Made by a program: the position numbers and the translations under genes. DNA of 64,000 bases from Acidobacteriota bacterium. GTDB taxonomy: Bacteria; Acidobacteriota; Thermoanaerobaculia; Multivoradales; Multivoraceae. The notes under the pieces are model-generated. The model saw only the letters and a program-made list of their open reading frames with translations, was not told the origin of the DNA and did no database searches. Below are positions 53,077 through 62,866 of the stretch, in pieces (the stretch's first letter is position 1; each line of letters opens with the position of its first letter). The stretch is taken from NCBI GenBank assembly GCA_039026915.1, contig JBCCLJ010000007.1, positions 3,651 to 67,650 on the forward strand, in the 5' to 3' direction.

Positions 53077-53823
53077 ATGATGTTTTCGGTTTCGAGATCC
53101 GTGCGTCCGGCGGTCCAGACGCTCCTCCTGTTGCTGACGTTCTGCCTTGGTGCGAGCGCGGCGGCTCAGGAAGAGGTCGAGACGCTGGTCCGGCTGGACT
53201 TCCAGCTTCGGCATCAGCCGGCTGATGACGTCATGACCGTGCTCCAGCCGCTGCTCTCCGGGCAGGGACGGGTCGAGATCGATCGTCAGACCCGGCGTGT
53301 CGTCGTTCGAGACCACCGCTCGAACATCGAACGTATCGTCGAGGGGCTCGAAGGATTCGACCATCCGGTGAGGTCGCTCGGATTCGACGTCATCCTGTTG
53401 CGGGCGACCCGATCGACCGACCCGGATCTGCGCAAGATCAACGAGCGCGTTCTGCCGAGCACCGTGGTCGAGAGCCTCGGTTTCATGCTGACGCAGAACC
53501 TGTACAGCCTGGTGGCGCGAACCGAGCTCGAAGGTCGCGAAGGCGAGCGCGTCACCACGCCTCTCGGTGAAGAGCGCGTCGTGCGCATCGCGGTGGGCAC
53601 CGTGCTCGAAGACGGCTATGTTGCGCGACTGCCGGTTCACTTTCAGCTTCATCGCAAGGAGCGCCCGGAGGCGAGTGGCTTCAATCAGGCCCTCAATCTG
53701 CACCTCGACAAGACCGTGGTCATCGCTCTGGCTTCAGACGCCGACGCCCAGAGCGGCTGGGCGATCGCCGTCACGTCACGGCAGCTCTCGGAGCTGACGC
53801 TGCCGCGGCCGGGCGAGGAGTAG
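53077..53823 (+). CDS. Secreted periplasmic protein with secretin-N/BON-like beta domains, putatively associated with the secretion cluster
   Basis: It has a signal peptide (MMFSVSRSVRPAVQTLLLLLTFCLGASAAAQ). TLVRLDFQLRHQPADDVMTVLQPLLSGQGRVEIDRQTRRVVVRDHRSNIERIVEGLEGFD resembles a secretin N-domain fold. It is the first gene of the gspF-gspE block. Confidence 0.4.
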   Translation: MMFSVSRSVRPAVQTLLLLLTFCLGASAAAQEEVETLVRLDFQLRHQPADDVMTVLQPLLSGQGRVEIDRQTRRVVVRDHRSNIERIVEGLEGFDHPVRSLGFDVILLRATRSTDPDLRKINERVLPSTVVESLGFMLTQNLYSLVARTELEGREGERVTTPLGEERVVRIAVGTVLEDGYVARLPVHFQLHRKERPEASGFNQALNLHLDKTVVIALASDADAQSGWAIAVTSRQLSELTLPRPGEE

Positions 53824-53827
53824 CCGA

Positions 53828-55039
53828 GTGGAGTTCGTCTGCCGTGTCGGTACGCCGGACGGCCGTGTCGTCGAGCAGGTCCTGGAAGCCCCGCACGAAG
53901 GCGCTGCGCGCGGCGACCTCGAGGGGCGTGGGCTGCACGTCTTCGAGGTGAGGCAGCGTGGCTGGTCGCTCGCTTCGCTGCTCGAGCGTGACGGCCGGCG
54001 TCGACCCATCAAGGACGTCGACTTCATGCTCTTCAACCAGGAGCTCGCGAGTCTGCTGAAAGCCGGTCTGCCTCTCCTGCAGGCTCTCGACATGATGCTC
54101 GAGCGTCAGCGTGACCCGAGCTTCCGCAAGGTGCTCGAAGAGATCCGGGATCGAGTGCGTAGTGGTGAGGAGCTGTCGACGGCCTTTCGTGCCTTTCCCG
54201 ACGTCTTTCCGCCCCTCTATGCGCCGACGCTGATGGCGGGCGAGCGTAGCGGCGACCTCGAGCAGGTGATTCGCCGTTTCGTGCGCTACCTGCAGCTCGT
54301 CATCGACACGCGGAAGAAGGTCGTCTCGGCGCTCACCTACCCGGTCTTTCTGATTCTCCTGGCGCTCGTCATGCTCGTCGTCATGGCCGTCGTCGTGATC
54401 CCGAAGTTCGAGGTCTTCTACGAAGCGATGGACGTCGAGCTGCCGACGCCGACGGCGATCCTCCTGTCGACGTCGATCTTTCTGCAGAACAACTTCTGGC
54501 TCCTGGCCGTCGGCTTGGTGATCGGCTACCTTGCGGCGCGACGCTGGCTGCGGACGGAAGTGGGCCGCCGGCTCTACGACCGGTGGCGACTCAGGATCCC
54601 CGTGGCCGGCGCCATCCTGCATCGCTTCTCCGTCTCCGAGTTCTGTCGATCGCTCGGTACGCTGCTGGCCGGAGGCATGCCGCTCGTTCCCTCGTTGGAG
54701 GTCGCGGTCGACGCCATCTCGAACGCGCATCTGCGCGAGCGTATGGCGCCCGTCGTGCCGGCAGTTCGCGAGGGCGCGCCTTTTCACCACTCGCTGGACC
54801 AGACCGGAGTGTTCGACGACCTGGCGATCGATCTGGTGAAGGTCGGCGAGGCGACCGGCGCGCTCGACGAGATGCTCGTCAATGTCTCGGACTTCTTTGA
54901 CGAGGAAGTCGAGACCCGCACCCAGCGCATGCTGTCGCTCCTCGAGCCGATCATGCTCGTCATCATGGGCGTCACCGTCTGCCTGCTGCTGATGGCGATG
55001 TATCTACCGCTCTTCTCGGTCCTGGGGAGACTGGAATGA
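53828..55039 (+). CDS. gspF: Type II secretion / type IV pilus platform protein (GspF/PilC family)
   Basis: It has two T2SSF domains and 3 TM helices, with the motif GLPLLQALDMM, ...GERSGDLEQV... and ...GEATGALDEML.... A GTG start at 53828 is preceded by GGCGAGGAG. Confidence 0.85.
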   Translation: MEFVCRVGTPDGRVVEQVLEAPHEGAARGDLEGRGLHVFEVRQRGWSLASLLERDGRRRPIKDVDFMLFNQELASLLKAGLPLLQALDMMLERQRDPSFRKVLEEIRDRVRSGEELSTAFRAFPDVFPPLYAPTLMAGERSGDLEQVIRRFVRYLQLVIDTRKKVVSALTYPVFLILLALVMLVVMAVVVIPKFEVFYEAMDVELPTPTAILLSTSIFLQNNFWLLAVGLVIGYLAARRWLRTEVGRRLYDRWRLRIPVAGAILHRFSVSEFCRSLGTLLAGGMPLVPSLEVAVDAISNAHLRERMAPVVPAVREGAPFHHSLDQTGVFDDLAIDLVKVGEATGALDEMLVNVSDFFDEEVETRTQRMLSLLEPIMLVIMGVTVCLLLMAMYLPLFSVLGRLE

Positions 55040-55112
55040 GTCTCGCTCGTGGACGAGATGCGGCGTGCCACCGTAGGCTTCAGTACGGGCCGAGCGCCCG
55101 GGAGCCGCAACG

Positions 55113-56765
55113 ATGACGACCGAAGAACCGACGACCGAAGTCCTCCAACCGCTTGCCGACGGCGAGTTCGATCCGTCTCTGGGCACGGACGAAGAGCGTC
55201 GTCAGAGCCAGCAGCTCGCCGAACGCTTCGGCTTCGAGTGGGTCGACCTTCGTCACTACCGCATCGACAACGACCTCTTCCATGGAGTGCCGTTCGATCT
55301 GATGCTCCGCTACCTCTTCTTGCCGGATCAGCAGCTCGACGGGCGCATGCGCGTCGTCATGGCGGACCCGTCCGACGTCGTGCGTCTCGACGAGCTCGAG
55401 CTGCAGATGGGCCAGCCGCTCGAGGCCCAGGTCGGCGAGGCGGCGCTCATTCGAGAGATCCTGCAGAAGTCGGAGAGCGCGCAGCGCGTCCTCGACGAGG
55501 CGACGGAAGATTTCCGTATCCAGCTCGTTCAGGAGGACGACGACGGTGACGAGGTCCTCTCGATCGATCGCATCAGTTCGGATCAGAGTCCGATCATCAA
55601 GCTCGTCGACTCGACGCTCTTCAACGCGATTCAGCGCCGCGCATCGGATATCCACATCGAGACGCGCGAGGCCGAAGTGGTCATCAAGTACCGCATCGAC
55701 GGCGTGCTCTACCAGGCGATGGAGCCGATCGACAAACGCCATCACCAGACGATCATCTCCCGCATCAAGGTCATGTCCGAGCTCGACATCGCCGAGAAGC
55801 GCATTCCGCAGGACGGTCGATTCAAGCTGCGACTCGCGGGACGAACCATCGACTTCCGCGTGTCGATCATGCCTTCGGTCCACGGCGAGGACTGCGTCAT
55901 CCGAATCCTCGACAAGGAGTCGATGAACGACGAGTTCAAGAACCTGCGCCTCGACGTCCTCGGCATGAACGAAAACACCTTGCGCAAGCTGCGGAAGTTC
56001 ATCCGTGAGCCCTACGGCATGGTGCTCGTCACCGGGCCGACGGGTTCCGGTAAGACGACGACGCTCTACGCATGCCTCTCCGAGATCCAGAGCTCGGAAG
56101 ACAAGATCATCACCATCGAAGATCCGGTGGAGTACCAGCTGCGCGGCATCACGCAGATTCCGGTCAACGAGAAGAAGGGGTTGACCTTCGCGCGTGGGCT
56201 GCGTTCGATCCTGCGTCACGATCCGGACAAGATCATGGTCGGTGAGATCCGAGACGAGGAGACGGCGCAGATCGCCATCCAGTCGGCGCTGACCGGTCAC
56301 CTCGTCTTCACCACGGTTCACGCCAACAACGTGATCGATGTTCTCGGTCGCTTTCTGAACATGAACGTCGACCTGTACAACTTCGTTTCGGCGCTCAACT
56401 GCGTGCTGGCACAGAGACTCGTGCGGCGCATCTGCGAGTCGTGCCGTCGGGAAGCCATCGTCGACGACGAGCTCTTCGAGGAGAGCGGGCTCGACCCTGC
56501 GCAGTACCGCGACGTGACTTTCTATGAAGGTGCCGGATGCATGGAATGCAACGGCACCGGTTTCCGCGGCAGGTTGGCGGTTTCGGAGCTGCTCGATCTG
56601 TCAGACAATATCCGCGAGCTGATTCTCGACCGTCGTCCCGCTTCCGAGATCAAGCGCGCTGCGCACGAAGAGGGCATGTCCTTCCTGCGCGAATCGGCAC
56701 TCGAGAAGGCACTCGAGGGAGCTACCACTCTCCGTGAAATCAACAAGGTCACTTTCGTGGATTGA
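55113..56765 (+). CDS. gspE: Type II secretion / type IV pilus assembly ATPase (GspE/PilB family) with N-terminal T2SSE_N domain and C4 zinc finger
   Basis: It has Walker A GPTGSGKTT, Asp and His boxes, and a tetracysteine motif CESCRRE...CMECNGTG. The N1E-like N-terminal domain reads RVVMADPSDVVRLDELELQMG. Confidence 0.9.
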   Translation: MTTEEPTTEVLQPLADGEFDPSLGTDEERRQSQQLAERFGFEWVDLRHYRIDNDLFHGVPFDLMLRYLFLPDQQLDGRMRVVMADPSDVVRLDELELQMGQPLEAQVGEAALIREILQKSESAQRVLDEATEDFRIQLVQEDDDGDEVLSIDRISSDQSPIIKLVDSTLFNAIQRRASDIHIETREAEVVIKYRIDGVLYQAMEPIDKRHHQTIISRIKVMSELDIAEKRIPQDGRFKLRLAGRTIDFRVSIMPSVHGEDCVIRILDKESMNDEFKNLRLDVLGMNENTLRKLRKFIREPYGMVLVTGPTGSGKTTTLYACLSEIQSSEDKIITIEDPVEYQLRGITQIPVNEKKGLTFARGLRSILRHDPDKIMVGEIRDEETAQIAIQSALTGHLVFTTVHANNVIDVLGRFLNMNVDLYNFVSALNCVLAQRLVRRICESCRREAIVDDELFEESGLDPAQYRDVTFYEGAGCMECNGTGFRGRLAVSELLDLSDNIRELILDRRPASEIKRAAHEEGMSFLRESALEKALEGATTLREINKVTFVD

Positions 56766-57681
56766 GCGCGCGCTCGGTGCCGAGCCTCTTTCGGTACCGC
56801 CGCACGTCTTCTATCTCGGTCCGGACGCCCTGCTGTACGCGCAGGTCGACACGGCCGAGGGCGTCAGCGTGGGGCCGTCACGCGTTGCCGAGCTCGAGCC
56901 GGAGACCTTTCTGCCGGGGCAGCTCGGCGGCCCCCTGAAGGAGCCAGAAGCCTTCACCGGGCTGCTGCGCGGACTCGTCTCCGAAATCGGCGAGATCGAC
57001 TCGGCTTCGCTCGTGCTCCCCGACGCCTGGTACAGGCTGGTCTTCGCCGAGGTCGACCAGCTGCCTTCGGCTGCGGCGGCGCGCGACGAAGCGCTGCGTT
57101 GGAAGCTCAAGCGCCTGGTTCCCTTCCGCGTGGAAGATCTGCGGCTCGACGCCGTGAACGCCGTGCCGCTAGCGGGTCAAGAAGATCCCGGGCGCGTCAT
57201 GATCGGCTTCGCTGCGCAAGCGCTCCTCGAGCAGTGTGAAGCCGCCTTCGCTGCTGCCGGAATTCGCCTCGGCGCGATCACCAACGTGACGCTCTCGGTA
57301 GCCCACCTGATCGAGCCGGTCGCAGCAAACGAGATCGGCCTGCTGCTGGTTGCTCAGGACGATGGATACTCGCTGCTCGCCAGCCTCGGAGAGGCGCCGG
57401 TCCTGTACCGGTACAAGCCGCTCGACGCGGGCGCCGGCGCCGGCCGCGCTCAACGCGAAATGCTGCTGACGTCGCGCTTTCTGGAAGAGCGGCTGGCGCA
57501 CTACGAACTGTCACGGGTCGTCGTCGTCGGCTCCGATCGCTGGTCTTCGGTCGTTGGCGAGTCGCTCGGTATCGAGCCCCAGGTCCTGGAGGCCGAAGAC
57601 TGGCGCGATCTGCTGTCGTCCCAAGCCGACTCCGTGCTTCGAGCGGCACTCGTCGGGGCCGCGCACGTGGAGGTCGCCTGA
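56734..57681 (+). CDS. PilM / GspL-cytoplasmic-domain-like assembly protein
   Basis: It is 315 aa and soluble, and occupies the position of pilM/gspL immediately after the ATPase gene. It has conserved-looking segments (SLVLPDAWYRLVFAEVDQLP, ALRWKLKRLVPF). The start is uncertain; the GTG at 56734 overlaps gspE by 32 nt. Confidence 0.45.
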   Translation: MKSTRSLSWIERALGAEPLSVPPHVFYLGPDALLYAQVDTAEGVSVGPSRVAELEPETFLPGQLGGPLKEPEAFTGLLRGLVSEIGEIDSASLVLPDAWYRLVFAEVDQLPSAAAARDEALRWKLKRLVPFRVEDLRLDAVNAVPLAGQEDPGRVMIGFAAQALLEQCEAAFAAAGIRLGAITNVTLSVAHLIEPVAANEIGLLLVAQDDGYSLLASLGEAPVLYRYKPLDAGAGAGRAQREMLLTSRFLEERLAHYELSRVVVVGSDRWSSVVGESLGIEPQVLEAEDWRDLLSSQADSVLRAALVGAAHVEVA

Positions 57682-57683
57682 TC

Positions 57684-58652
57684 GTGAGGAACCTCCCGAA
57701 TCTGGCGGCTCGACCGTTCGTCAACGACCGCCCCGTACGGCGCCTCATCGGCGTACTCTGGGGTGTCGCGGTCCTGCTGTTGCTCTTCAACGCCTACCGC
57801 TACTGGCGCTACGCCACGACCAACGTCGAAGGTCGCGATCAGCTTCAGTCGATCCGCGACGAGACCGACCAGGAGCTCGAGACAATCGACGAGCTGCGGA
57901 CTCGGCTCGCGGGCTTCGATCTGCGCTCCCAGAACGACGAGATCGACTTCCTCAACCGCCGCATCGCCGAGCGCTCGTTCCCATGGAGCGAGCTCTTCGA
58001 ACAGCTCGGAGATGTGCTGCCGCGCGGCGTGCGTGTGCGCTCCCTCGCTCCGCAGCTGCCGGAGCCACAGCGTCAGCGTCGCCGTCGTCGCCCAGCGGAA
58101 GAGACGCGGGTCACTCTGGCGATCGACGGCACGGCCGAGGACGGTGAAGCGCTCCTCGATTTCGTCGATCGTCTCTTTGCCCACCCTGCCTTTGCCCAGC
58201 CGCTGCTCGAGAGAGAGTCGCGTCAGAACGACTCGCTGATCAACTTCAATCTCGAGACCTACTACCGACCCCGCCTCGAGGCGCCGGAGGAGGAGGCAGA
58301 GGCGCCGGAGGAGCTCGTCGCGGAGACAGCCTCGGACGCCGACGAGGTCGCTGCCGGCGCCGCGACCTCCGTGGCGTCCAGCCGCGTCGAGTCCGCTGAG
58401 CCCGCTCTCGACACTGCAGACGACGCGCCTCGCGACACCGCTGACGACCCGAGCCCGAACGCTTCGACGGTCGCTGGCCGGGACGCGGAGGTCAGGCAGG
58501 GTCGACGCACACCTGAAGCTGCCGCCGAGAGCCGTTCTGGTGTGCGGAGTCTGAGCCCCGGCTCGAGAGACCTGCCGACGCCACGAGAAGATGCCGCGGT
58601 ACCGCGCCGAAGTCGCTCCAACGCCAGCTCGCCGCCGGGAGGAGCACGATGA
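57684..58652 (+). CDS. PilN / GspL-periplasmic-domain-like protein with a long disordered acidic C-terminal tail
   Basis: The N-terminus (M)RNLPNLAARPF resembles the PilN INLLP motif. It has a single TM helix (LIGVLWGVAVLLLLF), a coiled-coil, then about 120 aa of Ala/Glu/Asp/Pro/Ser-rich low complexity. Confidence 0.45.
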   Translation: MRNLPNLAARPFVNDRPVRRLIGVLWGVAVLLLLFNAYRYWRYATTNVEGRDQLQSIRDETDQELETIDELRTRLAGFDLRSQNDEIDFLNRRIAERSFPWSELFEQLGDVLPRGVRVRSLAPQLPEPQRQRRRRRPAEETRVTLAIDGTAEDGEALLDFVDRLFAHPAFAQPLLERESRQNDSLINFNLETYYRPRLEAPEEEAEAPEELVAETASDADEVAAGAATSVASSRVESAEPALDTADDAPRDTADDPSPNASTVAGRDAEVRQGRRTPEAAAESRSGVRSLSPGSRDLPTPREDAAVPRRSRSNASSPPGGAR

Positions 58653-59260
58653 ATCCGTCATCTCTCCTGCGTTCGCTCCGCTCCCTCCCGTGGTGGGTGT
58701 GGGCCGTCCCCGCGGTTCTCGTAGTGGTCAACCTCGGTGCGCTGATCTACTACCAGATCGGCTACGCCGGACAGTTCGGTCAGATGCAGGGTCAGTTGGA
58801 CTCTGCCAAGAACGAACGTTCGTTGGTCATGGCGCAGCGCCAGGCACTCGAAGAGCTCGTCGGTCGTGCGAACACGGGCCGCGAAGGCATCGAGTCGCTC
58901 TACGTCGACAGTTTTTCGACAGAGAGTGAGCGCCTGACGCGGATGATCCGAGAGGTGAAGGATCTCGCCGAAAAGGCAGGTCTGCAGCCCGCCGAGACGA
59001 TCAGCTACCCCGAAGAGTCGATCGACGACTACGGGCTGCTGAAGCGCTCGCTCGTCTTCACGGTGAACGGAACCTACCCTCAGCTGCGACAGTTCGTGAA
59101 CTTTCTGGAGCTCTCCGACACCTTCGTCGTGCTCGAGAAGGTCAACGTCTCCGGGGTCTCGCCGAGCCTCGCCGTTTCCTTCGACATCTCGACGCTCTTC
59201 TCGGGTCGTGACAGTGCCGAAGAGCGGATCGACCGTCGCCGCCGTCGGAGGAACGCGTGA
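58649..59260 (+). CDS. PilO / GspM-like protein
   Basis: It has one N-terminal TM helix (WWVWAVPAVLVVVNLGALIYY), a coiled-coil and a C-terminal alpha/beta domain. Size and position fit PilO/GspM. Confidence 0.45.
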   Translation: MNPSSLLRSLRSLPWWVWAVPAVLVVVNLGALIYYQIGYAGQFGQMQGQLDSAKNERSLVMAQRQALEELVGRANTGREGIESLYVDSFSTESERLTRMIREVKDLAEKAGLQPAETISYPEESIDDYGLLKRSLVFTVNGTYPQLRQFVNFLELSDTFVVLEKVNVSGVSPSLAVSFDISTLFSGRDSAEERIDRRRRRRNA

Positions 59261-59829
59261 GCGAGTCTCAGCAGCGGATCGTTCTGGCGGTACTCGGCCT
59301 GATCCTCGTCGTCATCGTGGGGCTGCGCGTCCTTCCCGCCCTGCGCGGCTCCGGCGGCGAGCGCTGGTGGCAGCAGGGCGGCTCGCGAGCGGTCTTCGAC
59401 GACGAGCTCGACGTGGAGGTTCTGGAACTGCAGACGCGGTTGCTGCGCGCAGAGCCACGCGAGTTCGCCGTCGGCCGAGACCCCTGGCGCTTCGGTGAGG
59501 CACCCAAGCCTCCGGCGCCGAAGCCGAAGCCTCCTGCTCCCAAGCCCAAGAAACAACCGAAACCCAAGCCCCCGAAGCCGGTCGAAACGGGACCGGTGGA
59601 GCCCCCCAAGCCGAAGCCGCCGGAGGTCGACGTGACCTTCCTCGGTACCTTCGGCCCTGCGGATCGCAAGATCGCCGTCTTCTTCGACGGTAGCGCGATC
59701 TACAACGCAGGCCGCGGTGACGTACTCAACGAGAAGTTCCAGGTGGTGGAGATCGGCCTCGAGTCGGTCGATCTCGGCTTCGTGGGATTCCCAGACGAAC
59801 CGCCGGCGCGCCTGGCGATAGGTGGATAG
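59257..59829 (+). CDS. PilP / GspC-like protein with a proline/lysine-rich linker
   Basis: It has a TM helix, a (PKPKPPAPKPK)n linker and a C-terminal beta domain (VTFLGTFGPADRKIAVFFDGSAIYNAGRGDVLNEKFQVVEI). It lies immediately upstream of the secretin. Confidence 0.45.
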   Translation: MSESQQRIVLAVLGLILVVIVGLRVLPALRGSGGERWWQQGGSRAVFDDELDVEVLELQTRLLRAEPREFAVGRDPWRFGEAPKPPAPKPKPPAPKPKKQPKPKPPKPVETGPVEPPKPKPPEVDVTFLGTFGPADRKIAVFFDGSAIYNAGRGDVLNEKFQVVEIGLESVDLGFVGFPDEPPARLAIGG

Positions 59830-59847
59830 ATGACGCATTTGCAGACA

Positions 59848-62334
59848 ATGAACCGCAGCGCACGAGCCGATCGCCGGCCCCGGCGTCTTTCCGCCGCGCT
59901 CTGCCTCGCGGCTCTGATGCTGGCCGGCTGCAGCGGCTACAGCAGCTTCCGTCGCGCTCAGGTTGCCGAGCAGATGGGCGACTGGGACCAGGCCGTGCTC
60001 GAGTACATCGAGCTCTCGCGCCAGAACCCGGGTGATCTGCGCTACCGCGCAGCTCTGATGCGCGCCAAGATCAACGCCTCCGTCTTTCACTTCGGAAAGG
60101 CGAAGGACTACCGCGAGGCAGGGCTGCTGACGCCGGCGATGGTCGAACTGCGCAAGGCCGTGGAGCTGGATCCGACGAACCAGTACGCTCGCGCCGAGCT
60201 CGAAAAGGTGCGCGATCAGATCGAGGCGCAGCGTGCCGGTACCGAGTCGCAGACCCTGGCCGAGGCCAAGGAAAAGACGCGAGGCGCCATGCCGCAGCCT
60301 CCTGAGCTGAGCCCGCGGTCGCCCGAGCCGATCGGACTGAACTTCCCCGAGGCCACCTCGGTGATGCAGATCTACCAGGCTCTCGGCAAGGCCTTTGGAA
60401 TCAACGTGCTGTTCGACCCGAAGCTGCGCGACCAGGAGATCAGCATCACCCTGACCGACGTGACGGCGCAGGACGCTCTCGAGATCCTGATGCGCACGGC
60501 AGGCCACTTCTACAAGGTGCTCGACGAGCACTCGATCATCGTCGTCGCCGACACGCCGCAGAATCGCCGCAACTACGAGGACCTCATCATCCAGACCTTC
60601 TTTCTCTCCAATTCGGATGTGAAAGACGTGATGACGATGCTGCGGAGCCTCGTCGACTCTCGCAAGATCGCGTCGAACGAGCAGCTGAACGCCATCGTCC
60701 TGCGCGACACCGCCGACAAGGTCAAAGTCGCGGAGCGCATCATCCAGGCCAATGACAAAGCGAAGGCCGAGGTCGTCGTCGACGTCGAGCTCCTGCAGCT
60801 CAATACGAACCTGCTACAGGATCTAGGTCTCTCACTGAGCGCTTACCAGATCGGCTCGGAGCTCGACAACGGCGGCGCCGACGTGCCGCTTCGCTTCAGC
60901 GACCTCGAGTTCATCGACGGCAACAACTGGGTGCTGTCGATTCCCAGCTTCATGTTCGACTTCGTGAAGCAGAACACGGAGGCGCAAACGCTGGCTCAGC
61001 CGAAGTTGCGGATCAGCGAGGGTGAACGCGCTACGTTGACGATCGGCGACCAGGTGCCGATTCCCGTGGTCAGCTTCAACACCGCCAACACCGTCGGCAG
61101 CAACGTCGTGCCGTTGACCTCCTTCCAGTACCAGGACGTGGGCATTCAGATCGAGATCGAGCCTCGGGTGCACCACAACGAAGAGGTCTCGCTCCAGCTC
61201 CGCGTCGAGGTCAGCAACATCTCTGGAGAACGCGACGGTCAGCCGATCATCGGCACGCGCAACATCGAGACGACGATCCGTCTGAAGGACGGCGAGACCA
61301 ACTTCCTGGCCGGTCTCATCCGTACCGACGAGACCAACAGCGAAGAGGGCATACCCGGCCTCGCCGAGATTCCGGTGCTCGGTCGACTCTTCTCGAAGAA
61401 GCGCTCGCAGAACCAGCGCACCGACATCGTCCTGACGATGACCCCGCACATCATTCGCAAGGCCAACATCACCGAAGAAGATCTGATGCCGATCTGGGTT
61501 GGTACCGAGTCGAACATCACCTTCCGCGGCGGCAGCCCGAGAGTGGAGTCCGAGGTCGACGGTCCCTTCGACGAGTCGAGCGGTGGCGAGGATGGAGATC
61601 TGCGTCGCCAGATTCGTCAGCTGCCGCGCGGTCTGCGCGAATCGGCCGCGGAGGAGCCCGAGGAGGGCGACGACAACGCGCCGCCGCCGGGCGTCGACCT
61701 CGTACCGGTCACTCGTCCGCCGCGCGACGTGAGCTTCGAGGTGCCACCGGCTCTACGCGACATGGGCTTTGCTCCGGTGCGCGGTCTGCCGTTGTCGGCG
61801 CCCTGGGCGCAGCTCATGACCGCCCAGTCGGCGAGCGATCCGAGCGACCGGCTGGCGATCCCCGGCGCGGCTGCGGTGCGCGCTCGCCTGGCGCCGCGCC
61901 GCGTCCAGGCGCAGCCGGGCGGCCTCTTCGCCATTACCCTCGACCTCGACGCCAAGGGAGAGGTCTCCCACGTCCCCGCTCGCCTCCGCTATGACACGTC
62001 GGCGCTCGAGCTCGTACAAGTGTCACAGGGAGACCTGTTGGACCGCGATGCTACCGAGACGATGAGCTTCGATGAAGGAGGAGAGATCATCCTGGGCGTG
62101 AGTCAGTTCGGCGATCTGGCCGGACGCAGCGGCAGCGGCAGCGCTGCCGTGCTCGTCTTCCGGGCTCTCGGTCAGGAGAGCCAGACGCTCGTCGAGCTGC
62201 TGGAGGTCGAGGCGATCGGCCGTGACCTCCGCCCGCTGACGACCGGCGTCGGGCGTCGCGCCATTCCGGTGAGCGTCTCCTCCTTCCCCGATGGCGGGCC
62301 GATGGGAGGCGACCGCCGAAGGACGATCGAGTGA
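59848..62334 (+). CDS. gspD: Secretin (GspD/PilQ family) lipoprotein with N-terminal TPR region and a roughly 250-aa C-terminal cohesin-like extension
   Basis: It has a lipobox (LMLAGCSG) and a canonical secretin C-domain (GETNFLAGLIRTDETNSEEGIPGLAEIPVLGRLF...RTDIVLTMTPHII). I set the start at M7 (59848). Confidence 0.85.
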   Translation: MNRSARADRRPRRLSAALCLAALMLAGCSGYSSFRRAQVAEQMGDWDQAVLEYIELSRQNPGDLRYRAALMRAKINASVFHFGKAKDYREAGLLTPAMVELRKAVELDPTNQYARAELEKVRDQIEAQRAGTESQTLAEAKEKTRGAMPQPPELSPRSPEPIGLNFPEATSVMQIYQALGKAFGINVLFDPKLRDQEISITLTDVTAQDALEILMRTAGHFYKVLDEHSIIVVADTPQNRRNYEDLIIQTFFLSNSDVKDVMTMLRSLVDSRKIASNEQLNAIVLRDTADKVKVAERIIQANDKAKAEVVVDVELLQLNTNLLQDLGLSLSAYQIGSELDNGGADVPLRFSDLEFIDGNNWVLSIPSFMFDFVKQNTEAQTLAQPKLRISEGERATLTIGDQVPIPVVSFNTANTVGSNVVPLTSFQYQDVGIQIEIEPRVHHNEEVSLQLRVEVSNISGERDGQPIIGTRNIETTIRLKDGETNFLAGLIRTDETNSEEGIPGLAEIPVLGRLFSKKRSQNQRTDIVLTMTPHIIRKANITEEDLMPIWVGTESNITFRGGSPRVESEVDGPFDESSGGEDGDLRRQIRQLPRGLRESAAEEPEEGDDNAPPPGVDLVPVTRPPRDVSFEVPPALRDMGFAPVRGLPLSAPWAQLMTAQSASDPSDRLAIPGAAAVRARLAPRRVQAQPGGLFAITLDLDAKGEVSHVPARLRYDTSALELVQVSQGDLLDRDATETMSFDEGGEIILGVSQFGDLAGRSGSGSAAVLVFRALGQESQTLVELLEVEAIGRDLRPLTTGVGRRAIPVSVSSFPDGGPMGGDRRRTIE

Positions 62335-62831
62335 GCTGGCGCGCGCATCTTCGGCAGCGCCGCGCGTCTGGAGGTGCCGTGGCCTCGGCCGGCTACACGC
62401 TGGCCGAGCTGATGATGGTGTGCGCCATTCTGGTCACGCTGGCCGCGGTGACCTTCCCGGTGGCCAAGTTCACCCAGAAGCGCATCAAAGAAGCGGAGCT
62501 CAGGGCTCATCTACGCACGATGCGCAACGCGATCGACGAGTACAAGCGCTTCAGCGACGCCGGTCTCATCCCTTTGACGCTCGGCTCCGACGGCTATCCG
62601 AAGGACATGGAGACGTTGCTCGAGCCTCAGGACATCGTCGGTCAGATCGACCGCCAGATCCGTTTTCTGCGTCGTGTTCCTGTCGATCCGATGACCGGCG
62701 AGGCTGAGTGGGGGATGCGCTCGACGCAGGACGAGCCGGACTCCGAGAGCTGGGGCGGGGAGAATCTCTACGACGTCTACTCTCTGAGCGGCAGCGTCGG
62801 TCTGAACCGAGTGCCCTACTTCGAATGGTGA
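62331..62831 (+). CDS. GspG-like pseudopilin (second copy)
   Basis: It has the prepilin N-terminus ASAG|YTLAELMMVCAILVTLAAV and GspG-like core motifs (RFLRRVPVDPMTG, NLYDVYSLSG). A GTG start overlaps the secretin stop. Confidence 0.6.
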   Translation: MSWRAHLRQRRASGGAVASAGYTLAELMMVCAILVTLAAVTFPVAKFTQKRIKEAELRAHLRTMRNAIDEYKRFSDAGLIPLTLGSDGYPKDMETLLEPQDIVGQIDRQIRFLRRVPVDPMTGEAEWGMRSTQDEPDSESWGGENLYDVYSLSGSVGLNRVPYFEW

Positions 62832-62866
62832 CGGCGCCCTCTCGGCGAACGAATGGAGAGCTTTCG

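Noticed and set aside
53771-56321. Minus-strand ORFs of 339 and 413 aa
   Set aside because: They are antisense to gspF and gspE, both of which have textbook motifs on the plus strand.
59500-59605. A tandem (PKPKPPAPKPK) nucleotide repeat
   Set aside because: It encodes the Pro/Lys-rich linker of the PilP/GspC-like protein. It is a coding low-complexity region rather than a regulatory or mobile repeat.
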